Part shown: positions 24,846 to 38,603 of the stretch, one piece after another
How positions within the stretch are numbered: position 1 is the stretch's first letter
Layout: the number at the start of each line of letters is the position of its first letter
DNA from: Octopus vulgaris
Lineage: Eukaryota
Length of the DNA stretch: 64,000 nucleotides
NCBI GenBank assembly: GCA_951406725.2
Contig: OX597816.1
Coordinates: 8,060,001 to 8,124,000, forward strand
Direction of reading: 5' to 3'
Made by a program: the position numbers and the translations under genes
Notes under the pieces: model-generated
Told to the model about the DNA's origin: nothing
Database searches by the model: none
The model's input: only the letters and a program-made list of their open reading frames with translations

Positions 24846-25569
24846 ATATTTGGTTTTTTTAACGTCGGAGTCGTCAAATGTAACAGATGGTAGAATGTAT
24901 GATAGATGTCAGTTCACCAGAAATGTCATGGATAAGTTGGTTGTTTTTCACAGTCCATGGAATAAATGATAGAAGAAAATAATAGTTGAAATGGCCTTTA
25001 TTTTACCGTTACAATGTAAAAAACAACTGCTTTGTGTTGTCATTGTATAAAGTTTAGTAAAAGTTTTATTGTCCATTTCGTAGGTAGCTGTGTTTATCTG
25101 TAGGTGACAGCTAGGAGACGGAATGACGGAGAGAGAAAGAGTAAGAGAATTCCTCTCTCTGGGTTGGCGAGTAGGAGGGAGGGCTGTATGGTCATTCGTT
25201 GACATGCCATGAGTGAAAAGAAGGAAAGAAAGAAAGAAAGAAAGGAAGAAGGAAGGAAGGAAAGAAAGGAAGACAGAAAGAAAGATTCTTCTTCGGCAAG
25301 GGTGCCGGGAGAAATAGAGGATACATCTTCGGGAAACGTTATCGAACGAAAGCGAGCGAGGAAGAATTCTATTTCGTAGATCGGAGTGCAATAGAAAGTG
25401 AACGAACTTTTGAACTGAATTTAACCTAAGATGTCAAGGGAAACAATGGGACTTATCAAAGTCTGGCGGGGTACTCGCGTAAATTTCTAAGTGTTAATGT
25501 CGTGAACAATAGAAAGGGGCTTACAGAAAAATCTAGAGCAAGGTTTCGATTCCTGGCAAAAAACCAGGA

Positions 25570-27721
25570 ACAAACTACTCCATTGCTGACAGTAGACTTG
25601 AGCATTGATTGTTGCATTAGGTGGTAACAATATAAAGTGAATTACGCCTTTGCAATCGCACCAGATAGAGTAGAACCTTTTTCCCATGAAGTTCCCTTCT
25701 CGGTTGTGGTTGAGCATTTTCACCTTTTACCAAGCCACTGTTTACGACGTTTAACATTTCGATAGAAAATCCATTTTTCGTCACAAGTCTATCGAAAAAG
25801 GGTGAAATGAGTTTGCGAGAATGGAGAGAAGAGCAGATGTCAACTCGGGATTTGGGGTTGCTTTCGGACAATACATGAGGCACCTATTTTCCAAGTTTAG
25901 GAATCTTTCCACGTTGTTGAAGATGACGATGAACTGTTGTATGGTTTGAAGTAAGCTTTATTGCCAATTCTTCAACTGATAATGACGGATTTTCTTCAAG
26001 TAATGCCTCAAGGAGCTTATTATCAAACTCAACTGGACATCCTATTCGATCTTCATCTTCAATTTTGCAAACGATCTCCTGCAAGTTCTTTCATTCAAGC
26101 ACTTTCCCATAAACTGAGTGTATGTTTCGAGTCACTTCGGCTGCAGAGTTACCTTTATTGTACTCATAAAGAATTATATGTGCCTTAAATGCTCCTTGGA
26201 TACTTCCATGTTGAAAGGGTTTTAATCAAAGCAATTTTAGGGTGTCCACGAAGTCTGGGTACATGGAATAAAATCATAACATAAACAAATATAAGAAATA
26301 AGAAATTTCCTTTTTTACTTTTGTTTAAATTAAATTTAAAAAAATACTTTACTTTTCTAAATTTATTTGTTATTTTTTCTACAGATGATCGAATGATGGC
26401 TCTGTCTAAAGAAGAAAGAATCCCAGATCGAATGATGGATCTGTCTAAAGAAGAAAGAATCGAGTTAGTATTATTAAGTGGACGAGAGGGATGGTCTTAT
26501 CGCAAAATTGCGGAAGAATTTAATCTTCGACACCCTTATAGGTAACCTATTTTTTTACTGCCGTCGGGAAATTGATCAAGAAATTTAAAGAAACAGGCAG
26601 TGTTTTGGATAAACCCCGTTCCGGGCGACCAAAGACTTCAGATGAAACGAAAGAGGCTGTCATGGCTAAAGTTTCTGCTAGCCCAAAGAAATCACTTCGT
26701 CGGACATCCACGGTGTTAGGTGTTCCAAAACCAACCATCCACAAAATGCTGGTTGAGGAAAAGTTTCATCGATACAACCTACAGATATTGCATCACTTAA
26801 ATGAAGACGACCCTGATAGACGAATGTAGACGTGCGAATGGTTTTCAGATAAATTGGATGAAAATATCAATTTTACGAAAAACTTTGTTGTTCAGTGACA
26901 AAGCTACGTTTTATGTAAATGGTGAGGTCAACAGACAGAATCTTCTATACTGGTCTCGAGGTAATCCACATTGGATGGATCCATCCAAACAGCAAGGCAG
27001 CAAAAAGGTGATGGTGTGGTGTGGTTTGTGGAAAGCTCATGTTCTAGGACCCTTCTTCATTGAACATGTAACGGATGAGACTTATGTAAACATATTGAGA
27101 GACAAATTAATATCTCAAATTGAGCGCCTAGGCGAGGGCCTTCCGAATTGGTTTCAGCAGGATGGGGCCCCTACCCATTTTGCCACAACTGTTAGAGATT
27201 GGCTTAATGACACTTTTCCTCACTGGATTGGAAGAAGGGCTCATATGGAAAGGTCCCCTCGTTCACCAGATTTTTCTCCCCTTGATTCCTTTTTCTGGGG
27301 TATGTTGAAAGAGAAAGATTACAATAAAGATTACAGATTTAAAACACATGAGAGAACGCATTACCAGTCAGTGTGCTGAAATTGATGGCAATGTAGACTT
27401 ATTTAATCAAGTTCACCTGAATTTTGCAAGGCGCATCAAGTTATGCATTGAAAAATGATGGAAATCACTTTGAAAATATTATTTATTAACATTATAATTA
27501 AATAAAATTGGTTTGTTTTAAAAGTATGTGTTAATCCCCATGTACGCAGACTTTGTGGACACCCTCTATTATTTTGTAAAACAATATTGAATTAGTTTAA
27601 ACGTACACAAATGCATAAAAATAATTTTTAATTGAATTAGACATTTGAAAATACTATTAAATTTCATTCAAATCTAAAAAAAAGGTAAAATTGGACAGAA
27701 CTGATTGGATGACTTGATATA
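25570..27721 (-). mobile_element. Degraded mariner element interrupted by a nested rosa-like element
   Basis: PKLGK*VPHVLSE, FFDRLVT, IWCDCKGVIHFILLP at 25590-26100; mariner-like terminus near 27700-27721. Confidence 0.75.
26238..27566 (+). mobile_element. Full-length Tc1/mariner-superfamily element of rosa/Visitor type (DD40D), transposase pseudogene
   Basis: TIRs AGGGTGTCCACGAAGTCTGGGTACATGG and CCATGTACGCAGACTTTGTGGACACCCT; KFKETGSV..RSGRP, LFSD, FQQDGAP, SPDFSPLD with 40 aa between the second and third D. Confidence 0.88.
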
Positions 27722-28506
27722 TATAATCTATGATATTCTAGTAGGTTTCAAGTTTATAACACCTTGATATCTCATGTTATCTCATTTTATATGCCTAAGA
27801 CGTTTATTTTCTATTCTGGTTTTTATATATTTCTATACATTATATTTGTATCTATAATTTATTTTAAGCCGAAACATAATACGATCCTTGTACAAACGAA
27901 AGAACAAGAATGTCCTCTGGAACTTTTATCTTCCACCGGTGTTTGTAATCGATGGTGACATGTGCGATGATTTTGCGACTATCTTATATTTTACAGAGAA
28001 ATTGGAAGCCCCGAATGTAAGCCACCACTTTATGCATAATACAATATTTATAGTTCTCTATTTCTAACTCAAATTCTGTCCTCAATAATTATAGATCTCT
28101 ATTTCTAAATGTAATTCTTTTTCTTCTCGTTCAGTTCACAACTATAACACGCATTCTTGCCTGTCTCTTGACAAAGCTTTTTTTCTCCAGCGTTCACCAC
28201 TTCACCTCGTTAGGGTTAAACAGCCCTTACCGAATGTTTTCACTGTCCTGTTTTTGTTAGCAGCTTTGACGTTCCACGTATCTCAAATTTTATTTAATTT
28301 GCTTTGGGGGAGCAATTGCTTTGACGAAGACGCATCTTGTTGCACTGCTCGCAATGCGGAGTAGGTAAATCTGCCAACAATTGAGGAAGGGTTGTTTTTT
28401 TATGCTGCCTTCGCGCTATAGTTCTCAATATATAATGGAAATTCTTTCTACCCAGCCCAACCCAACCCAACCCGACCCGACCCGACCCAAATTATTATTA
28501 TTATTA

Positions 28507-28850
28507 GGCAGCGAGCTGGCAGAAACGTCAGTTTCGTCTGCCGTTACGTTCTGGGTTCAAATTCCGCCGAGGTTGACTTTGCCTTTCATCCTTTCGGGGT
28601 CGATAAATAAAGTACCAGTTACGCACTAGGTCGATATAATCGACTTAATCCGTTTGTCTGTCCTTGTTTGTCCCTTCTGTGTTTAGCCCCTGTATTTCGT
28701 CTGTCTTTATGTTCTGAGTTCAAATTCACTCTTTGCCCTTCATCCTTTCGGGGTCGATTAAATAAGTACCAGTTACGCACTGAGGATCGACGTAGTTGAC
28801 TCATCCCCACCTCCCCCAAGCTGCCCTTGTGGCAAAAATTTGAAATAATA
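28507..28850 (+). mobile_element. Meta-type SINE, partial tandem dimer
   Basis: Core GCC(T/C)TTCATCCTTTCGGGGTCGAT occurs twice. Confidence 0.8.
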
Positions 28851-28896
28851 ATAATAATAACAATAATAATAATAATAATAATGATAATAATAATAA

Positions 28897-29455
28897 AATG
28901 CCCTGATGCAGTACCAGGCAGTGGCTCTCATGGCTTCTGATCTTAACTGATTGGAAGTGTTATCATGTACATTGTTTTGTCTTGGTATAAAAGATGGGCT
29001 ACGGCAAATATTCTGCTCAATACCACAGATTTGCTTGTCAGTTGTTTAACCTTAACCAGTTGAGCATGTCCCTTAGTGGCTGACGATATGTGCATCTCTG
29101 ATCACGAGCAGAAGTAGTGGGGGAGCATCATAGCCATGTGTTGAGAGGGATTCTTTGGGGTTTGAATAATCCACCTCGGGAAACATGGGTGTTTCGTTCA
29201 ACATCCTTAAACAACCCTTATTCAGGGACCTTTGAGCGGGATGGGCTACTCAACCTGAAGAAAATTCTAACTGGGCCCCACCTGCAAGGTCATGTGCTGT
29301 TTATCTTGATATGGGATCACCATGTCGCGCACATATGGTTGTGATGCATGTGCCTGGTGTACCCTTATCAGACGGGTAGTGATGATGGGTATATTGGGCT
29401 TCGTATGTTTTACCCCAGTGTCACTTTGATGGCATGAACTGCTCTCTCACTCAAT
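28897..29455. mobile_element. Unclassified ~560-bp non-coding element embedded in (TAA)n
   Basis: Sharp boundaries with (AAT)n on both sides; no convincing ORF. Confidence 0.5.
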
Positions 29456-29459
29456 AATT

Positions 29460-29522
<63 letters not shown>

Positions 29523-29527
29523 TATTA

Positions 29528-29730
29528 AGGCAGTGAGCTGTCAGATTCGCTCGCATGCTGGATGAAATGCTTAGAGGTATTTCGGCTGCCGTTACGTTCT
29601 GAGTTCAAATTCCGCCGAGGTCGACTTTGCCTTTCATCCTTTCGGGGTCGATGAAAAAAGTACCAGTGAAATACTGGAGTCGAATGTAATTTATTACCCC
29701 CCCCCCCCCCCAATTCAGTCTTTGTACCTA
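29528..29730 (+). mobile_element. Meta-type SINE copy
   Basis: Family core present. Confidence 0.8.
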
Positions 29731-29781
29731 TAACAATGGTAGTGGAGGAGGTATTAGTGATGTTATTATTGCAACCACACA

Positions 29782-29782
<1 letters not shown>

Positions 29783-29818
<36 letters not shown>

Positions 29819-29840
29819 GCTGCTGCTGCTACTACTACTG

Positions 29841-29886
<46 letters not shown>

Positions 29887-29923
29887 CACACTACTACCAC
29901 TACCTCTACTACCACTAACACTA

Positions 29924-29996
<73 letters not shown>
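29783..29996. repeat. (CTA)n microsatellite
   Basis: Direct observation. Confidence 0.95.
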
Positions 29997-29999
29997 CAG

Positions 30000-31740
30000 A
30001 TATTATGCACATTTAAACTCCTTTAAATATCAAGAGAATAGCAATTCCACATCACTAGCCAGTCACGTAAATCATCTAATTAATAGAAAAATACAATATA
30101 GACTTTCTTGGGCTATAATAGATTCTGGTATCCCATATCAGGGCCACTTGTAGACTCTGCTTAAAAGAAGCCCTTAAAATGTTAACCCCTAACTCACCAC
30201 AATTGCTTAACAAACACAAGGAAGCCTTCACAACGTGTAAACACAAATTCTTCCGCACTTTTAAATTCTTCCATAAATCCAATCGTAAATTCACCCCCGC
30301 CCCACACCACGAATAACACTCACACACAAACTTCCATGATCGTTAACACATACTCCTGTGTATCTCTTCTATCAACCTTACGTCATCACTTTATAAGATA
30401 AATGTTAATTCTTTAATTTATTTTAAAACCTTAACCTAATAAGTCCCCTAAAATTTAATTCTAACTCCTAGGAGGAATTACAACCGTGTTTCGTGATCTG
30501 CTACCACAACAGCTCCTTTATAGGATCCAGTTAGCTCAAGACATCATCAGGAGGAACGACGTCCGGTTTCGGCCCCTACTCCTCTACCGTTTTGACGTGG
30601 CGGGCCCCCCCCTTTCGGAGATGTCTTCAGCTCTGGTGTTGGGTGCATATCTTCTTTCTTCTGTTCCCTGGCCTCTTTGATGTAGCGTCAACGAGTGTCA
30701 GCGGGCGACTGACTGTTTTGTCAAGTTTTTTCCTTTAAATACCTGCTGCTAGGCTCCAGCAGGCAGCCCCAGCAAGTTGTCACGTGACACTGTCTCAACT
30801 TTAACTGACCAGTGAAGGCGCGTAGTCTTAGTCCGCGCATTCTCTAAACGATCGCCACCTGTCAGTCAGTGAAGCTAATTCAGTGTCAGCTTGTCTCACC
30901 TAGTGATGTTATTTCCCGTCGGCGTGTTTATAATATGACATTCAACTGGTTTCTCCATTCACGACTACCTACCCATACTCCCCCCCCATTGTTAAAAATA
31001 TTTCTACGGCCACTGACCTTAGCCATAAAACGGACACAAGTACTTACTACTAGATTTCCTCCCCAACTCCTACAGACTAGAAGAATACCACTAGTACCTA
31101 CTATTCTCTTTAAATTCCTTTCATTTTACTTTCTTTTGTTTTTTTACGTTATCTTCCTTTACCTCCTCCTCCTCCTCTCTCCTTATTTACCATTCTATGT
31201 TTATTTATCTTCTTGGTTATTTTCGTATACTATATTCTTAAACACTATATACTTATATATCTTATTTTATCCTTAATGCCAATCCTTAATTTCCTCTCTC
31301 ACTCTCTCTTTCTATTTATTTATTTTTCTTTCTTTTTACCATTTAATAGCCACCTCCGCTACCATTCTGTTATTGAATGTTGATACATTCGCGTCTATTT
31401 CTGGATATTTACACTATTAGAACTTTAACTTACATGGATTTACACAGGATTACACATAAGGACTTACGGGCTTACTTGTACACGATCGGGAAGTTGAACT
31501 GTGAACTTTTATGCTTCTTCTTTCTTCTCTTTCTTCATCTCCTTATTCCTTTTCTCCTGTCCCCCCTGTCATCTTTTCATTAATTTGTACCCTTCTCATT
31601 TTTTCCTATTTGTCTCCGATGATGGAATATCCCATACTCTGGGTTACCCCCAGAAACAACTGTAAGACTTTGAATTTTTCCAATAATAATAACGTATATG
31701 ACTTGAGATGTTTGTCTTTAACAATTATACATCCTATGTA
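30000..31740 (+). mobile_element. 3' fragment of a second Penelope-like element (C-terminal GIY-YIG region and long 3' UTR with hammerhead)
   Basis: HLNSFKY..STSLASHV..W.I..CRLCLKE..LLNKHKE..CKH at ~30009-30275; hammerhead motif at 31612-31668. Confidence 0.7.
31612..31668 (+). ncRNA. Type I hammerhead ribozyme motif (U4C variant)
   Basis: GTCT CCGATGA TGG..CCA GAAACAACTG TA AGAC; stems I, II and III can all form. Confidence 0.6.
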
Positions 31741-32614
31741 AAGTATACTAGCCATCTCAATATGGCTAACCACTAAGGGTGGGTGTTACTGTAGCCTTTA
31801 GCCGTAGGAGATCATCGTCTCCAGCTGGCTTTAGGCACACTTTCTGTGCCCTTATGGTATTTGCAAAGGGGGGTCATCCCTCACTCGTAAACCTAAGTGA
31901 TACGCACGGACTGCAGTTTCTAGGTATTTGCCTGTCTTCGGCGTACGGCAATCACCGGTTTTCGATGAAGAGAGACCTGTTTGCAAATACTTATTTATTG
32001 TTTTTCCAGTAACTTCCGTCACTGATTTCGAAAAAGAAAAACTGTCTGCAAGCAATAAGGAAATCTACAATGGCGCCATAACTACTGTTTTGGCCATAAC
32101 GTAGCAGATAACGGCTAACCTCTGGCTACTATTTGGACTCCGTTGTATCCATCACTCTGATTATTTGGCATTGGCGCAATTTGTCTCTTACTCTAGCACG
32201 CCAATATGCAACCTAACCAATCGGAGTCCCTAAATAAGATCACGTGAGACAGCCTGTTCACAATTCAATTTGAGCCTGCTGTTATCTATAAAAAATCAAC
32301 TTCTCCTTGTCTGAAGGTCTTTGGTTCCAGACCTTCTAAGATTTAGCCACTGACCACACGACACAGCCAGTTCCAGCGACAACACCAGACAACACCCGTC
32401 CAACAGCATTACAGCGACCTTCCTCTTCGTCGCCACCATCATGTCTCTCACCAACGTCGTCAACAACATCTCTACGTACACAGCACCAACCACACTGCAC
32501 AGGTTCTAATACAGCACTGTTCGCGAACCACTTCACCATGGTTAACAGCAAACATACAACCCACACAGATGCATGTAAATATATCAATAAATCTTTCACA
32601 AGCCTTCTACGTGG

Positions 32615-32677
<63 letters not shown>

Positions 32678-32759
32678 CCAACTGGCACATTATATGTATT
32701 ATTTCAGCCTTCTGATATGAGTCGTTATTAGATGGTCACACTACACATCACCTTGACCA

Positions 32760-32866
32760 TCTGTATATGTATATGTATATATGTATATATATGTATGTAT
32801 ATGTATGTATGTATATGTATGTATGTATATGTATGTATGTATATGTATGTATGTATTTGTATTATG

Positions 32867-32898
<32 letters not shown>

Positions 32899-33292
32899 TG
32901 TATATGTATGTATGTATATGTATGTATATGTATGTATGTGTGTATGTATGTGTGTGTATGTATGTGTGTGTATGTATGTGTGTGTATGTATGTGTGTATA
33001 TGTATGTATATGTATGTATATGTATGTATGTATATTTATGTATGTATGTAATATATGTATGTATGTATATGTATGTATATGTATGTATGTATATGTATGT
33101 GTATGTATATGTATATGTTTGTGTATGTATATATATATATGTATGTATATGTGTATGTGTGTGTGTGTGGAGAGAGAGAGAAAGAGAGAGGGGGAGAGAG
33201 AAAGAGAGAGAGGGGTGAAAGAAGGGGGAGAGAAAGAGAGAGAGAGAGAGGGTGAGAGAAAGAGATACAGAAAGAGAGAGAGAGAGAGAGAT
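32760..33292. repeat. (TATG)/(TA)/(GA) compound microsatellite
   Basis: Direct observation. Confidence 0.95.
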
Positions 33293-34359
33293 AACTAAAG
33301 AGATAAATTTCACATATGAATTTTCTGCTATGCAAAAGGATTTCTGTTGTTTTTCATTCTTGCAAAAGAAAAGAGTTAAATTACCCGAAGAAGGGATAAT
33401 TTAAATAATTCAGTTGGCCAAAGTCTGTAAATGCTTTGCAGAGAACGAAATACGTTGGCAGCACAATCTTCTCTAATCTCTCTCCTAATAACAGGAAATT
33501 ATCTGTCAATCATCGATATTATTCGACGCTTAAAATCAATCAAGAAACCCTCAGATGCTTCAATCGATAGACAGTTTGTGGTTTTATATTTGAGGGGTTA
33601 ATGCCCCATGAAATATGGGAAGTAATTGCATATGATCATCTAGGTGGTGGTTGTGGTGGTGTAGATGTGGAGAGCGGTTTCCTCGTCTTTTGAACAAAGC
33701 GATAACATGCCGTAAACAAAATGGCGACATATGTTGCCAAAAACAAAATAAATCTCAAATTTCAATGCTTTGTTTGCAACGAAAACATGGATTTGTCGCT
33801 CAATATTCGACAAAAACAAAATTGTGTACTCTGTGTGTGTGTGTGTGTGTGTGATTGCTCATGAATGTATAAATGAAAGAAACTGGTTTCTCTCTGAATA
33901 GAAACACACGCAGGCTCGAACGCGCGTACGCATGCACGCACAGGACGGCAAGTACACAAAATGAGTTGCTAATCGTGCGTATAACTTTTATATTTACATT
34001 CTGTGTATATAATGTATAACATTACTCGTTTTACTTACATACACGATAAATTAGAAATGCAAATAATATTTGTCGATAGGATAGCTACGAGAGACGTGGC
34101 TAATCTTATTGGCTGACATATGTGCAAAAGGAAATATTTTATAGGGTTAGGGCGGTTTGACAACTTACTCAGAGTTTCGGCTCGGGTTTGGCTGTTCCAT
34201 ATTTTATCGTAAACTGAGGCAGCCATGTTGTAAAAACAGACACGAGTGAGTCGTCAGCTGTTGCCGTCGACTGAGATTTTGGAAAAACGTCAATGTCACG
34301 ACATCAATGAATTTGGAAATTGAATTTGGCGGATTAAAATTTAACATAAACAGAAACAT

Positions 34360-34750
34360 TGGAGTCGCAATGGCCCAGTGGTTAGGGCAGCGGGCTCGCG
34401 GTGGGAGGATCGCGGTTTCGATTCCCAGACCGGACGTTGTGTGTGTTTATTGAGCGAAAACACCTAAAGCTCCACGAGGTTTCGGCAGGGGGTGGCGGCG
34501 ACCCCTGTTGTACTCTTTCGCCCCAACTTTCTCTCGCTCTTCCTTCCTGTTTCTTGTCCCCGACTTCCTACGTAACCGCTGAGCCTAGATGCGCATTCAT
34601 CCATCCGTCGATGCTCTCGGTGTCGGGGTTTGACCTGCTTTCTCTTCTGCGGGTCTTACGAATAGCAAAGGACCACGTTTCGGACTTCTCCCACTCAGGG
34701 ACGAAGACCGCTTCGCTCAACAAACAAACAAGCAAACAACAACGACAACA
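34360..34750 (+). mobile_element. tRNA-derived SINE, family 3
   Basis: A box TGGCCCAGTGG, B box GGTTTCGATTCC, (AAAC)n tail. Confidence 0.7.
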
Positions 34751-34755
34751 ATAAC

Positions 34756-34824
<69 letters not shown>

Positions 34825-34825
34825 A

Positions 34826-36570
34826 ATCCTTTCTTTATTAGCAACAAGGGCCGACAAAAATGAGATTGGACATTACAAATCATGAAGGAAAAGTGGGGTT
34901 ACATAAAGTGTCGCGTAAAAAGTCGATAATAATGAAAAATATAACGAAGAAAATGCCTAAAAGAGGCAAGCAATTCAGGGTTACTCATGGAGACCTCACG
35001 AAAACTCCATAAGCGCACCGACCACTAGGGCAAGAACCATCTCCCCATCTTTCTCTTTCTCTCAGCCTTTGAAACTCAATAGCGCATGCTCAAAGTAGTC
35101 CCGTTCACACGGACCATCTTCGCTACATTCACCCACCTTTTAACAAATTTGCAGGAAATCAGCACTCAATCCCCACTTTCCTTTTCAGATGGTATCTGAA
35201 AAGGTTGATGAGGACTAGGCCAAAGAGAAAGGTATCTGTTTTCAGTCTAGACCATCTCACAACCTCCTTCGATATAGCCACGGGGCAGATGAAAATTGCC
35301 TCCTCTTGCCAGCCAAAGGAAGGCAGAGGGGCTATCTTCATGATGGAATCAGCCGACAAGAGGACACATCCTATAAGTGACAGCATGTGTCCGACATAAA
35401 CCCGTATATCAGATATGCTTGGACACTGGACGAGTGTGAGCAGAACGGTTTCATCGCTCTGCGCACATCTCGGGCAGGTCCGACTGACGGCACTTCCGTG
35501 CCTGTAGAGTTTATTTCGAACAGGTAAAGCCTCCCGGTAGCACTGCCAGGCCAAGGATTCCTTGAAGTTATCCATAGGCCCCGGCCCGAAAGTCCACCGA
35601 AACAGACGGGCGAGTTGAAATTCATCGACGCCTTAGAGTCTCTCCTAGAACGTCGTCGTTTCCTTTCGCCACTAACACTTTCTATACAATACTATAGAAG
35701 ACATTTCACTAACCGCATTGCCCGACTGGCTGAGGAGCGTGAGCACCTGGCGGCACTCAAGGTGCCAGATGCCCAGCCTCGATCTACGCTTGATCCAAGA
35801 TTGGAGCTCAAAGAGACGAGCTGCGGGAAAGTGAGTCTGACAAACGGCGACCACACCTGCTCACCGTCGTCGAAGAAGCGATGGATGTGCCGCAGCCTCA
35901 GCGCATGTCTACACATCGATAGCCACGGTGTACCCAGCCCACCGTTCACTGGGTGTAGACAGCAAATGGAGCGCATGACCAGCGGTGTCAGTTCTTTCCA
36001 TAAGAAGCGGAAAAGCAAACGCTCCAGCTTGGCCAAGTACAAACTGGGGCAAGGCACGACGGTGAGGCGCCCCACCTCTGCCCGACGTTTTCAAGGATAG
36101 CTTCCTCTCGGCCCATTTCTGGGTGAGACTGGCTACCCTGCTCGTCACCGAGCTCCAGTTCCTCTCCAGCTGGAGTTCCGGCCCGAATCACAGCCTGAGC
36201 AATTTTACGAGCCCGATCGTCCAACCACTTAAAACGCTATCGGTTGGCATGGATCCTCCTCTCCAGGTGCCGAGCTGCAGCCTGCCGCCGACTTTTCTGG
36301 ATTAATCTTTGCTCCCGTTACTTCCTCGTATACTTTCACAATAGTGCTGACCAGGTCTATGTGCTCGTCGTCCGACACTATGACGGTGACGTCGTTTGCG
36401 CATGCTCACACAATTCTCCGACATCTTAGTTCCCGCAAGATGTCTCTCAACATTTCCAGTTTCCGAAGTAATGGCTCTAGAGTCAGTACATACGGAAGGG
36501 ACGAGAGTGGGCACCCTTGACGGACCGAACGCACGATGTTGAATGGTTCCGATAGGTGAACATTCGTCGT
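34826..36570 (-). mobile_element. 5'-truncated, degraded paralog of the L1/Tx1-type LINE with (ATT)n tail
   Basis: Translations align with ORF2 6211-8892 (RLTVVPCP..KLERLLFRFLWK; SLAWQCYREALPVR..TCPRCAQSDETV); 3' end GCCCTTGTTGCTAATAAAG. Confidence 0.9.
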
Positions 36571-36656
36571 GTATATATATATGTGTATGTGTGTGTTGTG
36601 TGTGTGTTGTGTGTGTGTTGTGTGTGTGTTGTGTGTGTGTGTGTGTTGTGTGTGTG

Positions 36657-36699
<43 letters not shown>

Positions 36700-36706
<7 letters not shown>

Positions 36707-36922
36707 GTATGTTTGTGTGTCTGTTTGTCTCCTCAACATCGCTTGACAACCGATGCTGGTGTGCTTACGTCCCCGTAACTTAGCAGCAGTTCGGCAAAAG
36801 AGACCGATAGAGTAAGTACTAGGCTTACATAGAATAAGTCCTGGGATCGATTTGCTCGACTAAAGGCAGTGCTCCATCATGGCCGCAGCCAAATGACTGA
36901 AACAGTTAAAAGAATAAAAGAA
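36700..36922 (+). mobile_element. SINE family 2, 3' half
   Basis: CATCGCTTGACAACCGATGCTGG..ATGGCCGCAGCCAAATGACTGAAAC. Confidence 0.8.
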
Positions 36923-37213
36923 ATACATAACCATTGTTAAATGGAAGTCTTATTATTTGATATGGAGTTGATACAACTTTGGCATTAATCACTGCTTTAA
37001 TACAACTCGCACAGGTTCTGATCTGTAGCGCAAAGGGATTTTAAGACATTTTCAAATAAAAACCTGATGGCGTAGGGAAGTGGTCTTCATTTGCTCTTTC
37101 AAAATGCACCATAACCGTTTGAATATATACAGATCCAAACCCTCCAAGGTACGCTAGCGGACATAGGGTTAGCAAGATGGCGTTTTAGAATTTTACTAAT
37201 ATATTTTTGATGC

Positions 37214-37445
37214 AAGGTGGCGAACTGGCAGAGTCGTTAGCACGCTGGGTGAAATGCTTAGCGGTATTTCGTCTGCCGTTACGTTCTGGGTTCAAATTCC
37301 GCCGAGGTCGACTTTGCCTTTCATCCTTTCGGGGTCGATATATTAAATATCAGTTACGCACTGGGGTCGATGTAATCGACTTAATGCGTTTGTCTATCCT
37401 TGTTTGTCCCCTCTGTGTTTAGCCCCTTGTGGGCAATAAAAAAAA
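37214..37445 (+). mobile_element. Meta-type SINE, full length
   Basis: Head, core and tail TGTGTTTAGCCCCTTGTGGGCAATAAA. Confidence 0.85.
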
Positions 37446-37981
37446 GAAAAGAAAAGAGAAAAGAAAACGATGGAAGTACCAGAGAATAAAAAAGGCATAT
37501 GAAAACACACACACACACACACAACTAGTTTTGAATTTGTCAAATTGCTACAGGAAAAATTGTTGGCATACTCATAGAAGTGCATTCCTTGTTCGACTTT
37601 GTTTCCTCATAACTTTCAGAAAAATAGATATTTTTTTAACTGAAATTTCCCACAAATACCTGTATGGTTGTGTAGATTACGATTATAATGAAATTTAATG
37701 CAGAAAAAAAAAACCCCAAAATTTGTCGGGCGGGTACACATACATACTGACACGCATCACATATATATATGAAGAAAACTTGAAAATTTGAAAAGGTTAT
37801 CTACTGTGTATCAGTATGTCTATGTACGTCCACCAATTATTTTTCCCATTAGATACCTATGCAGTCGTAATCTATGCAATCCGAAAGACATTTGTAGCAA
37901 GTTTCATTGCAAAATAACCATTTCTCTGAAAGTTATGAGGAAACAACGACGATAGGGCCACACTTATGTGGACATGTCTAA

Positions 37982-38376
37982 TCTCTCTATATATAAAGCT
38001 GAAGTTGTCTGTGTATGGTAGGTTTGGTAGCCTTCAACTAACACTATCTCCTTCGAGACCCTGCGGCGCAAGTTGACCAAAATTGAGAGTATGATAGAAG
38101 AAGGCTTGCTCTTCCTTCCGTAGAAGAAAAAATTCAAATCGGACCATGTTAACACCAAACATTATTTACATCAAAGAGGTGCTTTTTTTCTATGAAAATC
38201 CCCATTTTTTACGATTTTTTTACTGCTGTGTCGCCATTTTTCGGTGTATTTCAACCAGAAAAATGTTCACTGAAAGAGAATAACAAGAAGCTACAGAATG
38301 CACAATTTTTACTTTTCAAAAATTCCAATTCTAAAGGGTCGAAACAAACCCGAGCAACGCCGGGCGATACTGATAG
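37982..38376 (+). mobile_element. Non-autonomous Helitron
   Basis: 5' TC after A, subterminal hairpin CCCGAGCAACGCCGGG, degenerate CTAG end; second copy at 54189-54580. Confidence 0.8.
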
Positions 38377-38445
38377 TAGTTAAATAAGCAAGGCGCTGTT
38401 TCTTTGTCCGACCTCTGTATATATACTGTGTATATACAGACACAT

Positions 38446-38482
<37 letters not shown>

Positions 38483-38566
38483 GAAGAATGACAGGAAGAG
38501 GAGAGTACATATACATGCATAGAGACGGACACAAACACATACGCACACACGCACAAGCTGTGACAA

Positions 38567-38603
<37 letters not shown>

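Noticed and set aside
33700-34300. YY1-like motifs (AAAATGGCG, GCCATGTT) as a promoter
   Set aside because: Short motifs with no supporting exon or ORF
34360-34440. tRNA gene (also 50558-50630 and 58640-58710)
   Set aside because: A/B boxes are present but I found no complete cloverleaf; the first two continue into SINE bodies
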